A stretch of 64,000 nt of DNA from Octopus sinensis (GCF_006345805.1 NC_043006.1:53072001-53136000), one strand, 5' to 3'; counted from the first letter of the stretch, positions 1 to 13,194 are shown. Notes: generated from the letters alone by a model not told the origin. A program made the numbers and translations.

Positions 1-780
1 TTCATTAGTGATAATATACGTAATTGTATCCTACATTCATTAAGTTCATGTTTCAGTAAAAAATATCATTATGCATGAAACTTACAACTAGTGATATAGG
101 TGTGACGCGACAATGATGAAACTCCACGGGATCGTCCAGTGTCGAGAAGTTATGACGTCGGGATCTGTTTTGGTTCTTCAGGTGTCAACCGCCACCAACA
201 CATCACAGGAGATTAAGCATACAGTACAAAAACACGGGAGGTTGGTCAAATAAAGTCTCCAGAAAGATCTTCCAGGGCCCTACAATTATCAAAAAGAAAA
301 AAAAATGAGATGCAATTTTTATCGCACAAGTGAACAAGAGTTAAAAAAAAATTGAAAAGGCACCAATTTTGAAAAATGTGCTAAGGGGAGCGGTCGTTCC
401 ACTTGCTCCCTTATTATTTACGCAACTGACAGAGCCCATTCTATAGTAATCATCCACAGTAAGTCAGGTCTCCAGTTCGAAAAAATTAAGTCCACTCCTT
501 TTCCAGTGTCGGATGCCTTATAAAGACTCATGGGCACTTGAAGACAAATATAGAATACAAAAACAAAAAAGACAAAACATCAAAAGAAGTGTTCTCAGTC
601 CAAGTGAAATGAAGAGCTGTACACGATGTCAAGTGATAGTCAAGTAAAAGATCATTTAGAGTAGTAACTGTTACTGTTTGAGGAGTAGAGTTACGGAGAC
701 AAAGATCTGTTTCCGGCTCATAAAAGTCCCTTTTCATACAACCAAGATTATATCAGATGTTACTGTAATATATACTTAAG

Positions 781-816
<36 letters not shown>

Positions 817-1000
817 GTGTGTACGTGTGCGCGTATCTATGTATGTAAATTTTGTGCGTAAGCACGTATGTTTGTATATTTGTATATATGTTTGTGTGTG
901 CACGAATGTATTTATATATTTGTATATTTGTCTGTCTGTCTATTTGTACACTGTACGCGTGTGTGTTTTTATGTGTGTGCATGAATATGTATGTATGTAT
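781..1000. repeat. (TG)n microsatellite followed by TG/TA low-complexity tract
   Basis: Pure gtgtgt run at about 781-814, then degenerate gtat/gtgt repeats; source of the CVCV/HTHT ORFs. Confidence 0.9.
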
Positions 1001-1024
1001 GTTATATCAGATCACGTTGAACAA

Positions 1025-1915
1025 TGTTGCTAATATGTAATCCGGTACAATCTGTCACACGGTTGGTTCGTTGGGTTTCTATGGTCTTTGAATCCATTCC
1101 AAGTGATGTCATGGTAGCCCTTATGCCGTATTTAAACCTCCTTTTAGGTTTACACCGATTGCGTTTCTCTTCTGTAAGCTCGCCATAAAACTGATGTTTG
1201 GGTGTGCGTTCATCCGCTATTCGAATAATATGGCTAGAACATCTCATTTGATTTTTCAGAATCATTGATTTAATTGAAGTGTTGCCTGAAGACGCAAAGG
1301 CATCTGTGTATGGAGTACCAAAGCTCAATTTAATATCTAAAATGTGGCAAAGGTATTTTTGTTAGTATCGTTCTAACAACTTGAAATGTCTTTCATAACA
1401 CGTCCATGTCCATGTTTCAGAAGGATACAACAAGGATGGTAAGACAAACGATTTGTAGAGAGCCAATTTTGTTATTTATGTCACTGGCACCAAATGCGTG
1501 ACTCCAAACCACCAAATGATTGTGTTACCCTTTTAATTCGCACAGGTATTTCTGTGTCCAGATTTTCATCATTTTGCACAGAGCTTCCTAGGTAGATGAA
1601 AGAGTCAACAACCTCAAGTAACTTAACCATATTTACAACCGTTTTTTTTTTCTAGCCAAAATCATCCAAAGCTGAGTCAAATGCAGATACAAGAGACTGC
1701 AATCCTACTTCAGAGTGACTGACTAGATCGCAATCGTTAGCGTATAAGAGTTCCCTAATGATTGAAGCAAAAGTCTTTGCTTTGAATTTCAGTCTGACCA
1801 GATTAAAAACATTCCAAATTGTTGGATATTTTCTGTTAATACCCTCCTCGGAGTTTTGAAAAGTGTGTGGCAGCACAGCAGTAAAGTATTTTGAAAAGAG
1901 GATATTTTTCACTAA
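1025..1915 (-). mobile_element. RTE-clade LINE, decayed 3' part of ORF (RT motif 5 to C-terminus)
   Basis: Minus-strand ORFs read FNLVRLKFKAK..IRELLYANDCDLVSHSE (RTE LLFADDCAL motif) and QMRCSSHIIRIADERTPKHQFYGELTEEKRNRCKPKRRFK (RTE QLRWAGHVxRMxDxRLPKxxFYGEL motif); frames broken. Confidence 0.85.
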
Positions 1916-2009
1916 TTTTTTTTAGGTCACCTATGTAGTTGCGAGCGGATGTAGACGTCCTCTCAGTCATTTCACTATCGATCCAGTAGAGCATCCATTA
2001 TGTGACAGC

Positions 2010-2160
2010 TGGGGAAATTGAGATTTGCGCGAGCAAGCGGTAAACGCACATCACAGCTGAGTAGAGTGGAGTAACTTGAGATGTAGGACGCGCCATCTGG
2101 TCTAGGAATTGAACCAACACCCTAATGAACACTCCTAACTCCTTGAGCTCGCGACTTCAT
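2010..2160 (-). mobile_element. Old degenerate SINE (family D-like)
   Basis: cagctgagtagagtggagtaacttgagatg...ggaattgaacc resembles the reverse complement of the copies at 22830 and 34911. Confidence 0.45.
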
Positions 2161-2231
2161 TTCATTTTTTTTTTGTACATCTATATATTTTATATTTTAA
2201 AATCAATACTGAATATGTATATCGTATTGAA

Positions 2232-2618
2232 GTGGAGGCGCAATGGCCCAGTGGTTAGAGCAGCGGACTCGCGGTCATAGGATCGCGGTTTCGATTCCCA
2301 GACCGGGCGTTGTGTGTGTTTATTGAGCGAAAACACCTAAAAGCTCCACGAGGCTCCGGTAGGGGATGGTGGTGATCTCTGCTGTACTCTTTCACCACAA
2401 CTTTCTCTCACTCTTACTTCCTGTTTCTGTTGTACCTGTATTTCAAAAGGGCCGGCTTTGTCACTCTCTGTGTCACGCTGAATATCCCCGAGAACTACGT
2501 TAAGGGTACACGTGTCTGTGGAGTGCTCAGCCACTTACACGTTAATTTCACGAGCAGGCTGTTCCGTTGATTCGGATCAACCGGAACCCTCGTCGTCGTA
2601 ACCGACGGAGTGCTTCCA
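2232..2618 (+). mobile_element. tRNA-derived SINE family A1, full length, 11-bp TSD
   Basis: Head tggaggcgcaatggcccagtggttagagcag (A box) ... ggtttcgattccc (B box); flanked by atcgtattgaa at 2221-2231 and 2619-2629; homologous to 29690 and 44245 copies. Confidence 0.9.
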
Positions 2619-2864
2619 ATCGTATTGAACTATCACTTACGCCGACCTCATGTTTACAAGGCGCAGGCTAATTTTCTGGGTCATTAAAAGAAAAAAAAAG
2701 CATTAGTGTCATTATGTTGGATAAGAGGTATCAGTATTTATTTCTTTAGAACATTTAACGCTGTTCTTATTTTGTGGTGCGTATTCTTTTATTCTTTTAC
2801 TGGTTTCTCAGTATGCATTGAATGAGTGTTTAATTTTGTGACTGCAATGTAAAGGATCAATCTC

Positions 2865-3003
2865 ATTTATTGTTTAGCCTTAAGTCAGCTTTCTCATCTC
2901 ATTTTCAGACAATATTCTCAGGATTATATTATCTAATGTTTCCTTTATTTTGAAAATGCTAGGTTGTAATTTGAGGGGAATTTGACTACTATTTGTAGCA
3001 TGC
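2865..3003 (+). mobile_element. Ancient dispersed repeat (family E, probably an old SINE tail)
   Basis: Motif gatttRGCTGCTATTTCTAGCA-like, preceded by ttgtttagcc..gtcagct; similar pieces at about 3795-3850(-), 4468-4520(-), 7930-7980, 11630-11700, 45540-45900, 50452-50520(-), 51118-51175(-). Confidence 0.5.
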
Positions 3004-4549
3004 AAAAAATTTGAATTCTATATTCCAACATCCTGTGGTCGAATTAAATTTTCATCTCTTCAGAATCAATGTAAGAGGTCTCGATTTGACCGTAGCATAG
3101 TTAATTTTGGGCGCAATGACTTGCTGGTTCACCAAAACTTAAGATGAAAATCTCACCAAACCAAACCTACCATTTAAATGTCTAAATATCTTATGTGAGT
3201 TGTTATATAAGTTTATAAATTTCAGGACTACTAACGTCAGTTTTAGAGGTTTATTTACAATAATTACATTTACATAAGAATTTCAGCAGACTTCATCACT
3301 GATAATCATCAGCTGTCTTTTCGTAATTATATACATAATAGTTCAAGAATAAGACACTTGATGAAAACTGGAGATCACACCAATTCAAACATCGTGTAGA
3401 TATGAATATTGTAAATATATAGTCTGAAGTTGATAATTCGGTAAAAGATAGTTTAATAAACATAACCATTAACATCGTATCTAAAGATAGGTGTTTCCTG
3501 TCCTTTCTTAACGTCTGAAAACTGGATTAAATTTAAACACAATGGACCCTCAAATAGTTTATGAGAATCAGAACACCAATCAAATCCGCACATTCTATTA
3601 ACATTATATATGATGCAAACGCTTTGTAAACTCATAGAACATCAGTCTAATTTATATTACGTTCTTGATGCGCAAGACATACAAGCCATATCTCATTTAA
3701 ACCACAGTTTTCTTTCTGGAGAAAGGAAATACACAGACAATGTATGTAGCCCGATACATCCTTAAGAAATACATAATGAACGATTCATGGCTCGAATGCC
3801 TTTGACCCTAAGCTTTCTCTATCAAAGCTGACCTGGGGCTAAACAACAACAGCTCCTACAAAGGCACACCAACAACATTCGAACATCACGTATATCAATA
3901 GCAATACTATCTGAGCTGTGATGCATGAAATTACGACATTAGATTTCCTAAAGGCCAAATAAGAGCATTTATAGCTCGAATTTCAAGTTACACATTGAAC
4001 TGATACACTGAATAGGAAAACTAATCTACAAGCTAAAAGGTCATTATTTAATATTCCACTACACCTTCAACTTGCCCACTGTATAGACCACCTAACTAGT
4101 GTGGAGTCATTTACTAACACATTCCAAGGTATCTGATCCGTAGACAGGATGTCTTCTTACTCTGCTTTTCTTACTGCTATTAATTACAATAGCCTCTGCT
4201 TTTTTGGAGACAGCTGATCTCAGGATCTCCACCCAGGGCCATCTCGGTCACACTCGTCTCCACTCCTCTCGCCACTTGAATTAAGTCTATCTACCCCTGG
4301 AATTCCTTTTCTTGCCAGTCATTTTCAAGACGATATCAACTATACTGAACATACTAGTCTCTGAGGGTCTGCGAAGGCAATAAATACAGTTCTTTCTTCC
4401 AGATTTAACTATTAAAAAAGTTTTAAACAATAAAAATCTGATCAGCTTATAAGTCAACATAGGAGTTTCTATCATATAGCTTGACCTGCTAGAAATAGCA
4501 ACCAAAACTCCATTAAATCACTATTAGTAATCATTAAATAAAAATATCT

Positions 4550-5165
4550 GGAGACTTGAAACAGACATTGCCAGTCATTCCGAGACGAACAAGATCTGAT
4601 GAAATAAAAGCGTGCATTAAGTTTTCAGACCTATCGAATAAAGCACTTAATTTCTCCTTCAATACTATGTGCGATCTTTATTACATGGGGACCAATGTGT
4701 AAAACAGTTTTCAACCTGGATCCTCCAATTAGGAAATGGGAAAGTACCATTTGGTGGGTATGGTGATATCAGTTTGGCTCATATTGCTGTCATGGTGAAT
4801 TCCCCAGCTGAATTGAAGAACAGGGTATTTCCAACCTTAAGTAATAATTATAATTCACATAAATGGTTGTGTGAAAGGGCAATTCTTGCTCCCCCCCCCA
4901 AAAAATGAGACAGTAGCAAAGATTAACCATGAATTAAAGAATAAAATTCCAATAATCATTAAGAAGTATAAGTCAGTTGATTCAGTTCTTGACGAAAATC
5001 AAGCTGTCCATTACCCAACAGAGTTCCTTAATTCTCTTGAGCCTCCTAGAACTCTTCCACATAAATTTTTTCTGAAGGTAGGAGTCCCAATAATGCTTCT
5101 AAGAAATTTAGATCCTCTTAAATTGTGCAATGGGACAAGGTTGATTGTGGAGATCCTCATTCTTA
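4550..5165 (+). mobile_element. Helitron RepHel fragment (Pif1-family helicase), pseudogenised
   Basis: Translates GDLKQTLPVIPRRTRSDEIKACIK, FSTWILQLGNG, WLCERAILAP.KNETVAKIN, YPTEFLNSLEPPRTLPHKFFLKVGVPIMLLRNLDPLKLCNGTRL: Pif1/Helitron helicase motifs with frameshifts. Confidence 0.9.
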
Positions 5166-6049
5166 ACATTTTATTAAAATAAAACCGACTTATTTAAAAA
5201 GAAATTTATAGGTTTTCATTAGAGAGTGGAAGGAGAGCACGTGATGTCAGTGATGCACGGAGAGAAATACGTAAATTGAGAACATGGTGAAATATGAGAA
5301 AAGGGATATTAAATAAAAAGACAAAAACAGAAGGGTTAGTAGGGATAGAAGGTAAAGGTAAATCTAAGCATAAAGGAATGGAAGAAAAAAGAATGAAAAT
5401 AAAAAAAAAATTGAAAAGTTATGGTAAGCAACAGTAATGTATTAAACAGAGATAGATTAAGCCAGTATGCGTAACGGTGCGGATAGAACAGTATGAAAAC
5501 CCTGAAAGAGACAAAATTAATTATTTATCAAATTTACTGGAACACAGTAAAAATATCTAATAGTCAGGAAGTAGATAATAGTCGTAGAATTTAATGCTAG
5601 AAAAAATTAGTAAAAGTTGTAATTAAAGAATCACATATAATAATGTAGAATGTATTTTTGTCCTTATTCACCCGTGTAGAAGGTGATTGAAATGATGGAG
5701 TGGGGTGAGAAATCTGAGACGTAACATGTAAGTGAAGGAATGTGAAATAATTATCACCAAAGTGAGTACTAGTGAAAATGTTTTACAGTGCTTGGAGTTG
5801 CAGGTATTTTGATGAAGGGGAAAATAAAACATTTTGTCAGAAATTTTGCGAGAAAAATGTTTTCACATAATTTCACAATTTACATCCAAAAGAGATACAA
5901 AAACAGAAAAAAGGAAGAAAAAGACAGGAATAGAGTTGAAACCAAAACATCGTTAGTTCAATATTCAATGCTATCGTTCTGGAAAGGAAATGAGGTGCGT
6001 CTCTCTTAAGAAGCGACCAACAAACTACGAAACAATTCCCCCAACTAAT

Positions 6050-6330
6050 TTTTCCTATAACTGCGGCCTACCACGAACTATCTGGGACACAGCAGCAGAT
6101 AGTTCTTACATCATTTTGCATATAATCAGAGCGATTTAGCTTGCATCGGGCCTCATTTGGAGTACGCGGTATTGACAAGTCACCAACATGACGAAACATC
6201 GATTCTGTCGTTCCTGAATGGGATCTGATGCGAGTTATCTCACTTGTCTTTGTCTTTCAGTTACTTTAACACATGGCATATGAAGAAAATATATTCTCTT
6301 ACGCCTTTACGCAGAGCCTTCCCACGAACG
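6050..6330 (+). mobile_element. Very old CR1/L2-type LINE fragment
   Basis: cctcatttggagtacgcggta = PHLEYAV (RPHLEY motif); surrounding sequence heavily decayed. Confidence 0.35.
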
Positions 6331-6397
6331 AGCAAAATAAAACTTGTGTTGTGCGTGTTCGATATTGTTTATATTCCTCGAGAACTCATATTTGAAA

Positions 6398-6436
<39 letters not shown>

Positions 6437-6842
6437 CAATTACTCCCCCTCTCTTACTCTCTTACACTTTGAACTCTATACCAAACTATATTTAAAGAAG
6501 ATTTCAACGAAAAATCTCCAGACGATGTTTCTGATACCCAGGCAAAAGATAAACTGTTTTTACTTCAAATTTTCATAAATTTTTACTGATATTTGATAAG
6601 GTGAGATTCATCATCAAAACCGTAATATTTTCTTTATATAATTTTAAGAATCATTTTATTAAATTCTGTCTTTGTGCAGCTGATGATTGCTCTGCATTTT
6701 AAATTGATGTAATGATTGCTTTGTTCAATTAAATGGAGTTGCAAGAAACGAGCGTACTGCATTACCTCTGGATATCCTTGTTGCTTATTTTGATTTTAAT
6801 CACCTTACTTTGAAATTGTATGAATAATACCGTACTAAATCC

Positions 6843-6977
6843 TGGTGCCTCAACTGAAGTACCATATTCATCTGAATCTAAATTTTTGCTGAACTCATTT
6901 GTATCTCCTTAAACGATGATGATGACGTATATATATGTATCTGGGCATATATATATATATATATATTAATATATATA

Positions 6978-7012
<35 letters not shown>

Positions 7013-7114
7013 CCCAGATACATATATATACAAATTCATCATCGTTAAGGAGATACAAATGAGTTCAGCAAAAATTTAGATTCAGATGAATATGGTACTT
7101 CAGTTGAGGCACCA
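6843..7114. repeat. About 272-bp near-perfect palindrome: about 103-bp inverted arms around a (TA)n spacer
   Basis: Arm 6843-6945 (tggtgcctcaactgaagtacc...gtatctggg) is the reverse complement of 7013-7114, apart from one indel and one 4-nt patch. Confidence 0.92.
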
Positions 7115-7205
7115 TATATATAGATATATATATATATAATATATATATATATTATGTGAAATAGAAAGATGAATAATCTTGTAGTAGATTAATCATTCAC
7201 CAATA

Positions 7206-7315
7206 ATGTTTTATTATATATATATATATACACATACATATATGTATACATACATATATGTATGCATATATATATACGTGTGTGTATACATATATATATT
7301 ATATATATATATATC

Positions 7316-7347
<32 letters not shown>

Positions 7348-7520
7348 TATTTATATATATATATTATATATATATATATATATATCTATATATATATATT
7401 ATATACATATATATTCATATATATTTATATATATATATATTTATATATATAATATATTTTATATATATATATATTTATATATATATTTATATATTATATT
7501 TATATATATATTTATATATA

Positions 7521-7597
<77 letters not shown>

Positions 7598-7625
7598 TGT
7601 ATGTGTGTATTTATGTACACACATA
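7206..7625. repeat. Long interrupted (TA)n array
   Basis: Direct reading; produces the YIYI ORFs. Confidence 0.95.
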
Positions 7626-8389
7626 CACCCCCCTTAATTCCTGGTAGGAACATTGTATTTCAATATGCAATCATAATATACTGTCAAATATATTTTAAGT
7701 CTTATAAGTCAATACTGATTGTGTCCTACCTGTGTTAGCAGTGCGATTCGATCAATTTAAAAAGTTTTTCTTCAGAAATTAGAGCCAGCACTGAAAGTTA
7801 TGACATTTCTTTTATGAATGTATGTTTGTAAACAATGCAATCGAAGATAGGAAAAAAAAAAAAGAAAAAAGGAAATGGGTGTATGTGCATATTCCAGTTG
7901 TTGCTGATATACCAATTTTACATATCGAAATAAGATTTAGCTGCTAGCTCTAGCAGAACGAGCGACCACGAGCGACCATTGAGGGTAAATAGGACTTATT
8001 GCTAAGTACAGAGAGGTGTACATATTTTTGCTGTCTACTTGAATGATAATGGTGATACGCACCATTAATAGAATGGGATGCGGGTGGGTGGTTATCAGAA
8101 ACATTAACATTTAGGGTGGAAAAATAACCATGTAAGGTAATTTAGTGGTAGGAAACGAACGCAAATAACGCTTAGTACCAGGGTGAAAATGAAAAAGAAG
8201 TAGTACTAGGGTCGATTCGTTCGACTAAAACTGTTCTAGGCGGTGCCCCAGCAGAGCCGCAATCTAATGACCGAAACAAATTAAAAGATAAAACATACAT
8301 ACATACATAAGTGTATATATATATATAAGTGTGTGTATATATATATATATATATGATAAGAAAAAGGGAGGAAGAGAATTCCGATATTA

Positions 8390-8434
<45 letters not shown>

Positions 8435-9349
8435 GCACGACTAATCAGTCCTCCCACCAAAAGTATCAAACTAACAAATAAATTGTATTCCTCTCCCGCT
8501 TTCTCTATCTCCCTTTCTATGTCTCTAATTGTCTATTTTATCTCCTTGAGAAAGATAAGAGAGAAAGAAAGAGGAAGATAGAGGGAGAGAAGCAGGGGAG
8601 AGGGTGGCAGAAAGAAAGAAACAGAAGTAAGGAAGCAACAAGTCATTATGAAAAAGACGGTATCTTTTCGAGTATGAAATGAAAGCCGAGTTAATTCGTA
8701 TAAGAAACAAATAAAAACTACTCAGATACAAAAATAGTAGGGGAATAGTGAGAGAGAGAGGGAGAAAATGGTTTTTAGATCAGTCCCTCCATATGTTTAA
8801 TGTTTCACCTGTTAGCGTTAGTGATATAGGGACAGAAGGGAGGTAGAAGTAGAGAGAATATGTAATAGCATGAAAATTGGGTTCACCACAGGAGTCCTTG
8901 CTAAGCTATACGCACGCGCTCGTGCACACACTCACACACACACACAGTATGTATGTACTTAGGTGTGTATGCATGTTTGTATTTATATATGTATGTATGC
9001 GCGCGCGTGTGTGTGTGTATGTGTGTATATATGTATGTATCTTCTCTTCTATTTTTAATTATTCAATGCTTTCCTGTAAGGAAGGAGCTGTTTCTGATAA
9101 AGATGTAAAAGTCCCACCGTTGGAATGAAAGCGTGTTTTCACATTTTATCCATTAGAATTCTTCCTCGATGGAGGTTAGTTGAGTTCTAACAGAAGAACC
9201 AGAAGCTCCATTAATGGCATTTGGATAATAACAATGATAATTGTTGCGTATTGAACTTTTGGAACGTCTTACTACTCTTTACCGAGGACCTCTGTAAAGT
9301 GCGGTGTTAGCCGGTTTCTTCATTTGCTGAAGAGCCTACTAGCATTTCA

Positions 9350-9447
9350 ATACATACATACATACATACATACATACATACATACATACATACATACATA
9401 CATACATACGCGCACGCACGCACACACACACACACACACATACACAC

Positions 9448-9481
<34 letters not shown>
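9350..9481. repeat. (TACA)n + (CA)n compound microsatellite
   Basis: Direct reading; similar (TACA)n arrays at about 26295-26350 and 58405-58525. Confidence 0.9.
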
Positions 9482-9484
<3 letters not shown>

Positions 9485-10373
9485 GAGAACTCAACGACTG
9501 GAATTTAAGTATTACATTTGATTCTTTAATTACGATCATTTCAATACTACATGGAATATACATTTCAAGAATATCAATAGGATCTTTTCTATTTGGTTGC
9601 ATGTGAGGAAATTTCAAAGTTTATTGAAAATTTTAAAATTTAGTTATTAATGTATTTTTCCAAGCTGAATCGCTGGAGATATTTCACTCTTTTCAGATAA
9701 AAATTTTAAAAAAAGTTATAGAGGTCTAAAGGTTGATAATTTTCACCCAGTCAGAAAACAGGATTTGGAAGCTGTCATTTTGTGCATGACAGCATGTGTT
9801 GTCAACTGTAAACAAATGAATTACTGGCGGAATTCTGCTTTACGCATGCCATATAATCCCTCATAACTTATTTTTATTTTTTGGTATTTTCAGAAAATTT
9901 TTACGTATTCTACACACGGGAATTCATACAATTATGCAAAAACCAAAACAAAAAATTAGGGGTCGTGATTTAAGGCCTATTTAGCTGTTATTTTTAACAC
10001 ATCTCACCACCGCAATGAATAGAATATATTTGTCAACACATGCTTTCTCGCAGACAAAAGAGTTCTCATGCTTGGCTTATTACTATGGAAACAGGTATAA
10101 ATGTATGTCTGTGGCTTACAACTGGTTAAAATCATCCAAAATTTGTTGATTTATGGCGAAAACGAACTTCATGGCATTGATTAACATATAAAACTATATC
10201 ATTACACTGAATATGAAATCAATACGAACAGAAATTGAAGAGATTGAAAATTGGCCGCCAAATAGAAAAGATCACATTAATATTATAATAAGCATAAATG
10301 AATGCATGTATCATGATATATGAATATAAACTATGTGCATATCCTCAAAAAGTAAAAAGTATATATATATATA

Positions 10374-10836
10374 GGCGCAGGAGTGGCTGTGTGGTAAGTA
10401 GGTTGTTTACCAACCACATGGTTCTGGGTTCAGTCCCACTGCGTGGCACCTTGGGCAGGTGTCTTCTACTATAGCCTCGAGCCGACCAAGGCCTTGTGAG
10501 TGGATTTGGTAGACGGAAACTGAAAGAAGCCCGTCGTATATATGTATATATATATATATATATTATATATATATATATATCTATATATATATATATATAT
10601 ATGCGTGTGTGTGTTTGTGTGTCTGTGTTGTCCCCCTAGCATTGCTTGACAACCGATGCTGGTGTGTTTATGTCCCCGTCACTTAGCGGTTCGGCAAAAG
10701 AGACCGATAGAATAAGTACTGGACTTACAAAAAGAATAAGTCCCGGGGTCGAGTTGCTCAATTAAAGGCGGTGCTCCAGCATGGCCGCAGTCAAATGACT
10801 GAAACAAGTAAAAGAGTAAAAGAGTAAAAGAGAGAG
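10374..10836 (+). mobile_element. tRNA-derived SINE family B with internal (TA)n, full length
   Basis: ggcgcaggagtggctgtgtggtaag...gggttcagtccc head, CORE-like ccttgggcaggtgtcttct, tail ending gaaacaagtaaaagagtaaaagag; homologue at 53481-53884(-). Confidence 0.88.
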
Positions 10837-11148
10837 TATATATGGTAGTGTTCATCGCAACTTTAACGTGGGTGTTCTCTGAGAACCGACGATATAACTA
10901 TTTTAACACCTAAGGGGACATCTCCAGTTGGCTTATTCAGTGCGCTCTCACACTCAATATTCATTGCAAGCGGGGGTGAACTCCTGCCACTGAATCACCT
11001 GATTTCGATTTTATCGTATCACTTTCGATAAGACTTTCGCCAGACACGGCATTAGCCTACAATACACAGAAAATAGTGTCATGCAATTACTGACTTTGTA
11101 ACTAGCAAAATTCTTTGCTTACCGCGAAATCCACAAATTATTTAAAAT

Positions 11149-11304
11149 TCTCTCTCTGTTTATTTCCTCGTGTTCCTTTCTTTTGAAAAGCGTAGGCTCG
11201 AAACGTAAAAGACTTTCTCACCTTCACGAGCGACAAACTAATACACCTGCTTGTCGTTTATACACCTGTCTTCGTCATTTGCTTTTCTATAAATTTCAAC
11301 CACA

Positions 11305-11357
<53 letters not shown>

Positions 11358-11457
11358 TGTATATATAGTTTGACGCTCGGGAAGGTGAGGAAGTCTTTTA
11401 TGTTTCGAACCTACGCTCTTCAACAGAAAGGAATACGAGGAAATAAACAGAGAGAGA
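11149..11457. repeat. Inverted repeat (about 92-bp arms, about 8 mismatches) around a unique+(CA)n spacer; arms contain a degenerate hammerhead-like motif
   Basis: 11149-11240 matches the reverse complement of 11366-11457; combined arm consensus ...tgaagagcgtaggctcgaaacgtaaaagac... Confidence 0.88.
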
Positions 11458-11777
11458 ATGAAACTTTTGGAGTTAGCGGTCGAGACGACTTGTGAAGTCA
11501 ATAGAATACAACGCTCCCGTGGGTGCAAATTATTATTCTTCAATGTAAGTTCTGAGTGGTGGTCTTTTACGTAGGTACGGGAAATGCAGGCTCACATTAT
11601 CTAGTGTGCTCCTTTTCTGGACGACGGAAGGCTGTAGTTTAAGGGATTTTTGGTGCTATTTCTAGCAGACCGTGTGACCTCGTAGTGACTCCCTCGGAGT
11701 CTCGTTTCGGTTTTAATTTCAATGGTAAATATTGCAGAAGAAATAATTGCTCTAATGGCAGTAGTGATAACAACTCG

Positions 11778-11862
11778 TAGTTGTTATGATGATGATGAAT
11801 ATGATGATGTGGTTTTTAGTTGTAGTAGTAGTAGTAGTAGTAGTTGTTGTTGTTGTGATGAT
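11778..11862. repeat. Compound trinucleotide microsatellite (GAT)n(GTA)n(GTT)n
   Basis: Direct reading; explains the YDDDEYDD..SSSSSCCCC ORF. Confidence 0.8.
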
Positions 11863-13194
11863 AGTTTAGTTGTAGCAAAGAACAATAAAATGGAAGAGAG
11901 TTCGCCAGAAGGCAGGACGGGGTGTAGTAGAACGAATAAAATGTTTGCAGTGGAGTTATAGAAGAAATTTATAAGTTTAATAGCTACTGTGAGGAAATAA
12001 TCTATTGTTTCAGGTTAATGTCCTTCGTCAGAGAGTAGGCAAAATAAATGAGGATGTTTTTTAGGAAATCGACCAAAGCAACAACATTCTCAGGTAAAGG
12101 GCAACGTACCGAAATGTCGGGTGATTCACTTTTCATTGAAAATGAATTTCTATAAACACTTCTAGTAATTAATTATTGATAGCATAGACCATCACCAGAT
12201 TACTTGGATTCCGGATTTTACATCACAAAGTCGGTCAATTCCGTTCTGCTATCTCTCTAAAATCTCCAGATGAGGAAGAGAAAAACAAATTGTTTGTGTA
12301 TGTGTGTTTGTCTGTGTGTGTGTGTTAGGGAAAGAGAGGAAGAAAGAGAGAGAGAGAGGGGGCAGAGAGGGAGAGAGAAAGAGAAAGAAAGCATGTTTGT
12401 GTGCATGCATGTGTATCTATTCTGACGCCTACTTACAGAAAGTGTCTGCGTAATGCAGGCGAAGAAGGGGCAGAGAAAGAGTGAGTAAGAGAGAAAGAGA
12501 GAGAGAGAGAGAGGGGGCAGGAGTAAGAGTTAGAAATAGAGATGTAGAGAATGGAGAGGGGTGGAAGTAAAGAAGTAGAGAACATAAAGGAAGTAGGGAG
12601 AATAAAAGAGACAATAAATGTTTTATAGTTTGTTTGTTTTTTGGTTTTCTTTTGCGCGCATTTTGTCTATAAATAATTTGTATTATTCAGTTGATTTGTA
12701 TATCGGTACAGAAACGAAGTATAATGTTATGGCTATTTCTTATATACGCGCATGGTTTAATTCCACTGGAGCGGGAAAATAAGTTTAGAAAATGTTTATA
12801 CCTTACTATAAGTATAAACTAATAATGGTTTCATATTTTGGCACAAAACCAGAAGGATCTTTGTGATTTTCACCACTGTTCCAGTTGTTTTCAAATTTAG
12901 TATATGAATTAAGTTTTGCATAGTAATTATGAAAATGAAATTCATCTTTCCTATAAATTCATAATTAAAAAGTTATCAGCCTTTAAAATTTGCAGAATTT
13001 GGGCATTTTAGCCATTCGAAAGCGAGTATTTTAGACATCACCGTAGCGAAGAAGTCTGTTTCTGTAGTAACTAAAGCAAAGAAGCACCACGTGTTCCATA
13101 GCTGACTGCGAAGAACTCTCTTTCCATAGTAACCAAAGATGCTGCACATGCGCACAAGGAGTGTAACCACCACTTGTTCTATAATTGTTTGTTT

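Noticed and set aside
2232-2310. tRNA-like sequences at SINE heads (also 10374, 22830, 29690, 63078)
   Set aside because: A and B boxes are present but there is no complete cloverleaf; they are embedded in repeated SINE bodies with TSDs
5455-5500. Possible Helitron 3' hairpin/CTRR end
   Set aside because: Hairpin is imperfect and there is no CTAG terminus
9100-9340. GC-richer island possibly coding on the minus strand (..NGASGSSVRTQLTSIEEEF*)
   Set aside because: The open stretch is only about 41 codons and has no suitable splice acceptor
9525-9975. Possible MITE with TTAA-type ends
   Set aside because: The terminal inverted similarity is too weak to distinguish from AT-rich background by eye
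12014-12093. Candidate 80-bp exon (ttgtttcag|G ... CAG|gtaaag)
   Set aside because: All three frames contain stops unless a T is removed from a homopolymer; no recognisable protein; overlaps a hammerhead-like remnant on the other strand. A non-coding exon cannot be excluded without RNA-seq
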